Source of the DNA: Thermomicrobiales bacterium
GTDB taxonomy: Bacteria; Chloroflexota; Chloroflexia; Thermomicrobiales; UBA6265
Assembly: GCA_049646645.1 (NCBI GenBank)
Contig: JBARWF010000051.1
Span: 18,227 to 82,226, forward strand
Length of the DNA: 64,000 nucleotides
Reading direction: 5' to 3'
The notes below the pieces were generated by a model. It was not told the origin of the DNA. It made no database searches and saw only the letters and a list, made by a program, of their open reading frames with translations. A program made the position numbers and the translations under genes. Shown here piece after piece: positions 56,975 to 64,000 of this stretch (positions are counted from its first letter, which is position 1; each line of letters starts with the position of its first letter).

Positions 56975-58795
56975 GTGTCGCGCCAGTACCCGTTCGAACC
57001 ACCCGAACTCGAACAGTTCCCCGGAAAGCGATCCGGCCGGTCGGCGAACCCGCGACCGGGGTTCGCCCTGCGATCGGCCCAGACGGTTGCCGGCTGGTTG
57101 CTGACCCTGATCGAATGGCGGCAGCGACGGCAGGATCTGAGCCGCTTCCTGATCGCCATCCTCTTCCTGCTCGGCGGGTTGGGGCTGGGGACGACCGCGG
57201 CGCTGATGGACAACTATCTGCACCGAGGCGTGGAGAGCGGCGACGAGCAACCCTACGTCGTGCAGCCGACCGGCAAGGAGCTGGCGACCAATATCGACCT
57301 CCGCCTCTTCCCGGAAGCCGAGATCGACAGCGTGGCGCAGGAGCTCAGCCAGAGCGGCTTTCGCTATGTGCGCCAGGAATTCTCCTGGCAGCAGCTGGAG
57401 CCTACGCAGGGTGACTTCCAATGGGGAACCTACGACCCCCTCGTACAGACGCTGACCCGGCACAACGTGCAGATCATCGCGGTGGTGAAGAACGCGCCAT
57501 CATGGGCGACGGCGGGGAACCTGATCCAGGCGATGGACCGGCCGCCCACCGACCCGGCGACCCTGGAGGCCTTCACCAAGGCCCTGACCCAGCACTATGG
57601 AGCGAATATCCCGTTCATCCAGGTCTGGGATCGACCGAATCTCGCATCGCAATGGGGCGGAACGCCGGCGATGGGCGATTCCTTCCTGCCGTACCTGGGG
57701 GCCGCCTACAACGGTGCGCGGGCCGGCAACGCGGAGGTGCGGATCATCACGCCAGAGCTGGCGATGATTCCGGATCAGCCCTCCGGGCAAACCGATCTCG
57801 ACTTCCTGCGAGCCCTGCTGAATGCGAATGGATCACCCTTCATCGATATCGTCGGAATCCCGCTCGATGGCGGAACGCTTTCTCCGGACGACCGGCGTGT
57901 GGACGCGGGGCGTCGCAACATATCCCGTGCAATCCTGTTCCGGGACTTACTGGTGCGCTCGGGCGACGCCAGCACACCGATCTGGGCGACCTCCTACGGC
58001 TGGTCGGCAACGGGTGATGTGACGCGGGAGCGGCAGGCCGATTACGTCGTGCGCGGGCTGGAGCGAAGCTGGTCCGAGTGGCCGTGGATGGGGCTGATGG
58101 TGCAGTGGGCATTCATCGATCCGGATCCGCAGTCGCCGAATGCGACGTACGCCATCGTGTTGCCGGACGGCTATGGCACACCTTTGTACGCGCGGCTGAC
58201 TTCTCCTTCCGTGCAGGAGCGCGCCGGGATTGCCAATACGGGATTCGCGCCGATGGACTCGACGGCGGTTTCCTACGAGGGTAATTGGAATGACCAACAC
58301 CTGGAGGGGCGAACCTTTCGCACGACCAGCGAGTCGAAATCGTCGGCCACGCTCAGGTTCCGGGGCACCGGGCTTATCGCGTATATCAGAACGGGGCCGC
58401 AAGCCGGCAACATCCGGCTGGAGCTCAATGGGGAAGTGATCCCCGGCGGTGCGGGCAAGGACGGGGACGAATGGAGCTTCGAGGACTATCTCGGAACGAA
58501 CGATTTTCCGCACACCCTGCTCTCGGGGCTGGATGATACCCAGCACACGGTGGTGATCTCGCTCGTCGGCGATGGCGAGTTGACCATCGGCGGCCTGGAG
58601 GTCGTCCGCAGCGCCCCGTTCCTCTGGCCGGTGATGCTGATCACGGTCGGATCGCTGTTGCTCCTCTTCTTTGCGGTGCGATCGCTCATCTACCTGGTCG
58701 CGATCCGGGCCGGTCATCTCCATCGGCGCACGGGGATGGACCTCTGGCCCCAGCTTCCCCAGATGCCGGACTGGCGGCCCGGCCGGCGAACCTGA
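56975..58795 (+). CDS. Membrane-anchored GH-A (TIM-barrel glycosidase)-like protein, probably non-catalytic
   Basis: N-terminal TM (FLIAILFLLGGLGLG) and C-terminal TM. Central region resembles GH5/GH42-type barrels (FRYVRQEFSWQQLEPTQGDFQW). GTG 56975 is a tentative start; the 902-aa ORF from 56087 is antisense to the S9 peptidase. Confidence 0.6.
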   Translation: MSRQYPFEPPELEQFPGKRSGRSANPRPGFALRSAQTVAGWLLTLIEWRQRRQDLSRFLIAILFLLGGLGLGTTAALMDNYLHRGVESGDEQPYVVQPTGKELATNIDLRLFPEAEIDSVAQELSQSGFRYVRQEFSWQQLEPTQGDFQWGTYDPLVQTLTRHNVQIIAVVKNAPSWATAGNLIQAMDRPPTDPATLEAFTKALTQHYGANIPFIQVWDRPNLASQWGGTPAMGDSFLPYLGAAYNGARAGNAEVRIITPELAMIPDQPSGQTDLDFLRALLNANGSPFIDIVGIPLDGGTLSPDDRRVDAGRRNISRAILFRDLLVRSGDASTPIWATSYGWSATGDVTRERQADYVVRGLERSWSEWPWMGLMVQWAFIDPDPQSPNATYAIVLPDGYGTPLYARLTSPSVQERAGIANTGFAPMDSTAVSYEGNWNDQHLEGRTFRTTSESKSSATLRFRGTGLIAYIRTGPQAGNIRLELNGEVIPGGAGKDGDEWSFEDYLGTNDFPHTLLSGLDDTQHTVVISLVGDGELTIGGLEVVRSAPFLWPVMLITVGSLLLLFFAVRSLIYLVAIRAGHLHRRTGMDLWPQLPQMPDWRPGRRT

Positions 58796-59068
58796 GATGG
58801 CATCGGCCGTCCGGATTGTCGGATTTGCTCACAGGGATGAAGGATGCCGGGAAGCGGTGATGCTTCCGGAGCACGCGTGCCGGCACAGAGTACACTCCCG
58901 CAGGGCGGCATCGCATGGATTGTGCGATGTGGTCATGCACGGGTATGCCGTCTCGCGGTCGTTTGCGCGCGGCATCTCGATCCGATGCCTTTTCCGTGAT
59001 CGGACCGATGCACCGCGGATCCTGGGTTCTTGAACCGTCAAACTCGACACGATACGATCAGAGGCGCC

Positions 59069-60292
59069 ATGAGCAGTGATACAACCTCGCGTTCCCTCCC
59101 CGGCGGTGGGCATGCACCGATCGACCAACCGGTCGGTGCTGACGGCACACCGGGCGCGCCATCCCGGGGAACAGAGCTGGCCCTTGTCACCGTGGACCCG
59201 CAGATTTCCGAGAGTAACGAGCAAGTACCGGAATCGCTTGGGCGCCGCCTGCGCGAACCGCGAACCCTGATCTCGTTCGGCTTCGCGCTCGTCATCATCG
59301 TCTTCCTCTTCACTCAGCTCGATATCAGTCCAGGCCGGGTATGGGACAACCTCAAACGGGCCAATCTCGGCCTGTTGCTCGCGGCTGCGTTCTTCTACTA
59401 CCTCTCGCTCTTCGTGCGAGGCATGCGCTGGAAGTCGATGCTGGGGCGCGTCGATATCGATGACGCACATGGCTACCCGATGCCCGGCCCGTTCGGCATG
59501 TTCCACATCATCTTCCTCTCCTGGTTCGCGAATTGTGTCGTGCCCGCCCGGCTGGGCGATGCATACCGCTCCTACCTGCTCAAGCAGAAGACGAAGGCCT
59601 CGTTCAGCACCTCGCTGGGGACGATCCTCGCCGAGCGGCTGCTGGACCTCGTCGTGCTCGTGCTGGTGGTGCTCGCCTCGGGCATCGTCGTCTTCGGCAC
59701 CAAGGTCCCGCATCGCGCGGAGCAGGCCTTCCTGTTCGGCGCTGCGATCGTCGTGATCGGCGTGGTGGGGGCCGTTGTGCTCTGGTTGGGACGGGACCGG
59801 TTCGAACGGTGGCTGCCCGACCGCTTCGCGCAGCACTACCAGCGATTGCACGCCGGCATCTTCCAGGTTCTGCGGCGGCCGTTTCCCTACGGGCTGATCG
59901 CCGTTGGGCTCTGGATGTGCGATGGCATCCGCGTGATGCTGATCGCCCTTGCCCTCGGGACGCATCTCACCATCGCCGAGGCGACGCTCGTCGCGCTGTT
60001 GAGCGCGCTGGCGACGGCGATTCCGGTGACGCCGGCCGGGCTGGGTGTGGTCGAGCTGTTCATGATCTGGATTCTCTCCCAGGTAGGCGTGCTGGTGCCC
60101 GATACGCAGGCGGCTATCGCGCTGCTGGACCGCTTCGTGACCTACTACAGCCTGATCCTGATCGGCATCCCCGTCTATATCCTCTCGTTGCGTTCTTTCG
60201 TAGCGCCCACCGGCGAAGCGCAGCTTGCAAATGTGGAGGCGGAGGCAGTGCCGGTCTCACGCCCGCCCTCGGTCTCATCCCGCGCCGACTGA
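59069..60292 (+). CDS. UPF0104 / lysylphosphatidylglycerol-synthase-TM-region-like (flippase-like) membrane protein
   Basis: Multi-TM ORF with the RGMRWKSML and CVVPARLGDAYRSYLLK motifs typical of UPF0104. Confidence 0.8.
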   Translation: MSSDTTSRSLPGGGHAPIDQPVGADGTPGAPSRGTELALVTVDPQISESNEQVPESLGRRLREPRTLISFGFALVIIVFLFTQLDISPGRVWDNLKRANLGLLLAAAFFYYLSLFVRGMRWKSMLGRVDIDDAHGYPMPGPFGMFHIIFLSWFANCVVPARLGDAYRSYLLKQKTKASFSTSLGTILAERLLDLVVLVLVVLASGIVVFGTKVPHRAEQAFLFGAAIVVIGVVGAVVLWLGRDRFERWLPDRFAQHYQRLHAGIFQVLRRPFPYGLIAVGLWMCDGIRVMLIALALGTHLTIAEATLVALLSALATAIPVTPAGLGVVELFMIWILSQVGVLVPDTQAAIALLDRFVTYYSLILIGIPVYILSLRSFVAPTGEAQLANVEAEAVPVSRPPSVSSRAD

Positions 60293-60582
60293 GTGCGACT
60301 TTTTCGCAGGACCATGTCCGCACCGGTTCGTCGATGGAGACTTCGCGTGGCCGCCACGATCTTGATACCGGGCGTGTGATCCGCCGGTCGGAGCGACCCT
60401 TTCGGCTACGCTGCGTCGTACGGCGAGGGCAGGCTCCGGGGCGCACCGAACGCAAGAGTGACGACGCATCCAGGCAAGGCACTCCCGCTCGCAATCGAAC
60501 GAGCCGCATTCCCAGAAGCGAGGCTGTATGCTTTGCCGATGAGGTCGTGAATGGTTCGAGGGCGCAAAACAGGGCGAGGTTC

Positions 60583-60792
60583 GTGGGATTATTCAGCAAG
60601 TTCCAACCACCGGCTGAGGCCGGATCAGAAGCTGCGGAGAGGGAGCAGGAGCGTCCGATCGTCGATGATGAGCTGGGGCCGCTCTGGCCCCCTTCGCCGA
60701 AGGTTCAGGTGCTGCTGATCACGATCGGGTTCATCCTGGTGAACGTTATCCTGATCGCGATCCTTGTGATCCTCCTCTGGCAGCGGACTTGA
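60583..60792 (+). CDS. Possible small membrane protein
   Basis: GTG-initiated 69 codons ending in a strong TM helix (VQVLLITIGFILVNVILIAILVILLW). Embedded in a longer, otherwise implausible ORF. Confidence 0.3.
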   Translation: MGLFSKFQPPAEAGSEAAEREQERPIVDDELGPLWPPSPKVQVLLITIGFILVNVILIAILVILLWQRT

Positions 60793-60834
60793 GCGTGGAG
60801 TGATTGGGCAGGCCAGGCAGATCGGAGGCCACTC

Positions 60835-61833
60835 GTGAGTGTCGCAGAGCGTGAGATCACGCCGTCCCGGTTTCGAGAGATCACGGCCGGGATCGAGGCG
60901 GAGATCGGCAAGGTCATCGTGGGGCAGGCGGAGGTCGTCCGCCACGTGACGATCGCCCTGATCGCTGGCGGGCATGTGCTGCTGGAGGGGGTGCCGGGGC
61001 TCGGCAAGACGTTGCTCGTGCGCACGCTGGCGAACACGCTCGATCTCACCTTCAGCCGCATCCAGTTCACGCCGGACCTGATGCCCGCGGATATCACTGG
61101 CACGAACATCGTGCAGGACCAGGCGGGGGGCGGTCGGGTCTTCGCCTTTCGCGAGGGACCCATCTTCGCCAATCTCGTGCTCGCGGATGAGATCAACCGC
61201 GCCACGCCGAAGACGCAATCCGCCCTGCTGGAGGCGATGCAGGAGGGCACCTGCACGGTCGCCAACCAGATCTACGAGTTGCCCAAACCCTTCTTCGTGC
61301 TGGCGACCCAGAACCCGCTGGAGATGGAGGGGACCTACCCGCTTCCCGAGGCGCAGCTCGATCGCTTCTTCTTCAAGCTCATCGTTCCCTTCCCCACATC
61401 CGAGGAGCTGCATGAGATCATCGCCCGATCCGCACTCGATGTCTCATCGACCGTGGAGCATGCTGCCGACGGCGAGACGATTGCGCGTATGGGGCAGCTC
61501 GCGCGGCAGATGCCGGTCACGAACGCGGTGACGGATTACGCCGTGCGCCTCGTCCTGTGCACACACCCCGACCACGAGCTGGCGCCGCGCTTCTCCCGCG
61601 ACTACGTGCGTTATGGATCGAGCCCGCGTGGCGGCCAGGCGCTGATCGCCGCCGCCCGGATCCGGGCAATGCTCGCCGGGCGGATGAACGCCTCCTACAG
61701 CGATGTGCGGGATGTTGCATTGCCGGTGCTTCGTCATCGCATCATCCTCAATTTCGATGCAGAAGCGAGCGGGGTCTCGGCGGACGATATTGTGGGTCGC
61801 TTGCTCCACGAGGTTCCCGAAGCCGGATTCTGA
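60835..61833 (+). CDS. MoxR-family AAA+ ATPase
   Basis: Walker A GVPGLGKT, Walker B LVLADEINRA and QNPLEMEGTYPLPEAQLDRF. Confidence 0.9.
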   Translation: MSVAEREITPSRFREITAGIEAEIGKVIVGQAEVVRHVTIALIAGGHVLLEGVPGLGKTLLVRTLANTLDLTFSRIQFTPDLMPADITGTNIVQDQAGGGRVFAFREGPIFANLVLADEINRATPKTQSALLEAMQEGTCTVANQIYELPKPFFVLATQNPLEMEGTYPLPEAQLDRFFFKLIVPFPTSEELHEIIARSALDVSSTVEHAADGETIARMGQLARQMPVTNAVTDYAVRLVLCTHPDHELAPRFSRDYVRYGSSPRGGQALIAAARIRAMLAGRMNASYSDVRDVALPVLRHRIILNFDAEASGVSADDIVGRLLHEVPEAGF

Positions 61834-62092
61834 ATCCAGTGCCCGTAAGGCGCGACGTTCGTACGGGTCGACCCGTGTGTCGACCCTCGCCTCGCGATAC
61901 GCGACGCCTCCCCAAGTCTGCGCCTGTCCTACGGCGCATCCGCGTTGGAAGCCCTATTCGGAACCCGTGGAGGATCTCTACGGCGGAGTTAATGCTGCGT
62001 GAAGCCGAAGAAGTCAGGATACACTCGGCCGGCAATGGCGGTTCGTCGTCATCCGTTAACGTGGTACATCAACAATGTAGAAAGTGGCTGCC

Positions 62093-63064
62093 TCAGGCTG
62101 TCAGCCTGCGCATCGTCGCGAGCCACTCACGGACGAATCGCTCGCCGTCCGCTTCGAGTACCACGCTCGCGTTGGCGAGGTTTGGGCTTGCCCAGGAGCG
62201 GAGGTCGGCGATCGTTGAGCCGCGCGTCAGGGTTCCCGTGAGTTCGACATCAACCTTCGCAGAGGGTGCATGCCGGACAAGGGAGGGGTCGGCGGCGATC
62301 CCGAGGGCGAGCGCATCGTGCATCGGGCACTGCCGTTCCGACGTGCCATATCGCCCGGCGTAGATGTTGAGGTAGCCATCACTGATGCGCTGGAGATGGG
62401 CGCCGGAGGGGCTGCCGAGATCGCGCAGCTCGTTGAGCATCGTCTCCGTGACTCGTGCCTGCTCGGTGACATCGAGCCCAACGATGGTCAGCGGCCAGCC
62501 GGCCTCGAACACGATCTGTGCGGCTTCGGGATCGTGCCAGATGTTGGCCTCACCGGTGGCCGTCACATTCCCTGGCACCTGAAACGCCCCACCCATGACG
62601 ACGACCTGCTTGTACGCGCTGGCGATCGACGGATCCGCCATCAGCGCGACCGCGAGGTTGGTGAGTGGCCCGACCGCGACCAGGCTCAGCTCGCCGGGGC
62701 GCTCATGCGCGAGGCGAATGATCTGCTCGGCGGCCGACTCCTCGCTTGGCCGCTGGACCGCCGGAGGCAGGAACGTGCCGCCCTGTCCATCCTCGCCGTG
62801 AATATCCGCACTGAAGGCGGGCTCCGGCCCGAGGAGAGGTTTGCGGGCTCCGGCCGCCACCGGGACACCCGGTGCATTCCCGATCTCGAGCAGGCGAAGC
62901 GCGTTCTCGGTCGTGAGGTCGACGCTCACGTTGCCCCAGACGGTGCCGATGGCGACGATCTCGATGTGGTTGGCGGCGAGCCCCCAGAGCAACGCCATGG
63001 CGTCGTCGACGCCGGGGTCGCAGTCGAAGAGAATGGGGACGGGAGGCGTGCTGAGGCTGTTCAA
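62093..63064 (-). CDS. Nucleoside hydrolase (IUNH family)
   Basis: ILFDCDPGVDDAMAL aspartate-cluster fingerprint. Confidence 0.9.
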   Translation of the reverse strand: MNSLSTPPVPILFDCDPGVDDAMALLWGLAANHIEIVAIGTVWGNVSVDLTTENALRLLEIGNAPGVPVAAGARKPLLGPEPAFSADIHGEDGQGGTFLPPAVQRPSEESAAEQIIRLAHERPGELSLVAVGPLTNLAVALMADPSIASAYKQVVVMGGAFQVPGNVTATGEANIWHDPEAAQIVFEAGWPLTIVGLDVTEQARVTETMLNELRDLGSPSGAHLQRISDGYLNIYAGRYGTSERQCPMHDALALGIAADPSLVRHAPSAKVDVELTGTLTRGSTIADLRSWASPNLANASVVLEADGERFVREWLATMRRLTA

Positions 63065-63211
63065 AATAACGGGGAACTCCTGACTGGAAATCCGTACATG
63101 ACTGCTACTATAATAGCGGCTCGCGGCTGCGATGAGCGGCCGCGACGAGCGTCAGGAACAAGGAGTCGGCTTGACGCTCAAAGCGAAGTGATGGTAAGCT
63201 TCGCGAGCGTT

Positions 63212-63288
63212 GGAGGCGTGGTGTAGTGGCCTAACATGCAGCCCTGTCAAGGCTGAGACCGCGGGTTCGAATCCCGTCGCTTCCGCCA
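63212..63288 (+). tRNA. tRNA-Asp (anticodon GTC)
   Basis: GGAGGCGTGGTGTAGTGG...CAGCCCTGTCAAGGCTG...GGGTTCGAATCCCGTCGCTTCCGCCA forms a cloverleaf with anticodon loop CTGTCAA. CCA is encoded. Confidence 0.9.
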
Positions 63289-63334
63289 GTTATGAGAAAG
63301 CGTTCTTATGAAATTTGATAAGAACGAACGTTGA

Positions 63335-63370
63335 ACGACCGTGGCGCTATGCCACGGTCGTCTTTGTTTG
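63335..63370 (+). terminator. Intrinsic terminator after tRNA-Asp
   Basis: ACGACCGTGGC-GCTAT-GCCACGGTCGT hairpin followed by CTTTGTTTG. Confidence 0.55.
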
Positions 63371-63926
63371 TCTGGCTGTGTTTGCGAGCATCTCTTTCCG
63401 CAGGGAGCGCGCACTCCTCCATCCGTATCGATGCATCGGGTAGCGGCGGTGTCTCCGCAGGTCCGCAGGATCGCAACCGGCCCTATCGGTCACAGCTCCA
63501 TCTCCCAAGGCTGCCCCAGCGCGTCATCCGTTTGCGTCTTCACCCCCTCTCTATCCGAACGTACTCCCCGCTGCGCACCCTGAAAGCCCGGGAAAGGTGG
63601 CAGCCATATGTTGACGGCTTCGCGACGGGTCGATTATGCTTCTGCCCCAACAGACGTCAGACAACAATCTTCCGATCAGTTCGGCATGCGTGACCGCAAG
63701 GGATGCCGATTGATGTAGTTCACGCTATCCCGGGTCGGGAATAGGGCGATTGCATCGACATACGACGTCTAAGGTCAGTTTTCGGCGATCACCGTGAGGC
63801 ATAGAGAGCTGGCGGAGGTGCTCTCAGGCAGCGATGAGTGTGGTTCGGGCGCATGGCAGGCGCCCACAAAGACGTTTCCGGTTCGAATCGGCGTAACCGA
63901 AGCAACGCGTGGAGGAACCAGTACAC

Positions 63927-64000
63927 ATGACTGAGTCGCGAATCGAGTCCCTTGTCCATCAGTTTCGGAGCGGTGCGATCGACCGTCGTACCTTTCTGAC
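63927..64000 (+). CDS. 5' end of a Tat-signal protein (partial)
   Basis: ATG preceded by GGAGGA. Reads MTESRIESLVHQFRSGAIDRRTFL.., a twin-arginine motif. Runs off the window. Confidence 0.4.
   Translation, partial: MTESRIESLVHQFRSGAIDRRTFL

Overview
GC-rich bacterial chromosomal window. The lineage cannot be fixed from sequence alone; CIRCE/HrcA control, Tat-signal binding proteins, an FbiB-C-like nitroreductase and a PdtaS-like kinase fit a high-GC Chloroflexota/Thermomicrobia-like or actinobacterial organism. Genes are dense and often translationally coupled through ATGA/GTGA overlaps. Layout: (1) 17-5620, oxidoreductase, ROK kinase, and a minus-strand pair of a divergent GroEL paralog plus a BNR/Asp-box beta-propeller. 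(2) 6065-19617, a DUF72 pseudogene and a minus-strand sugar-utilisation locus: enolase-superfamily dehydratase, GH35-like, GH4, GH2, GH4, two ABC permeases, a binding protein, a DapA-family aldolase and a divergent IclR regulator. Two of the glycosidase genes each carry one in-frame TGA. (3) 19618-23779, a decayed stretch of nonsense-riddled membrane ORF, M42 peptidase fragment and shattered family-5 binding protein, ending at tRNA-Arg(TCT). (4) 23827-31755, a hydrolase/amidohydrolase/deacetylase/PLP-lyase operon divergent from an M14 carboxypeptidase coupled to an ADP-ribosylglycohydrolase. (5) CIRCE-controlled solitary dnaJ. (6) 33381-39034, GntR-binding protein-GNAT-PIG-L-DUF1343 (NamZ-like) amino-sugar cluster. 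(7) 39172-45299, the most interesting locus: promoter + FMN riboswitch + intrinsic terminator ahead of an Opp/Dpp-type ABC importer with two permeases, two paralogous binding proteins, no ATPase genes, and a coupled FbiB-C-like flavin nitroreductase. (8) smpB-ssrA (tmRNA), glcDEF, a GAF histidine kinase, an S9 peptidase, a membrane-anchored GH-A-like protein that appears to lack both catalytic glutamates, a UPF0104 membrane protein, MoxR, a nucleoside hydrolase and tRNA-Asp(GTC). A ~125-nt intergenic repeat occurs twice. No CRISPR array, rRNA or intact mobile element was seen. All family assignments come from by-eye motif recognition, not from searches.
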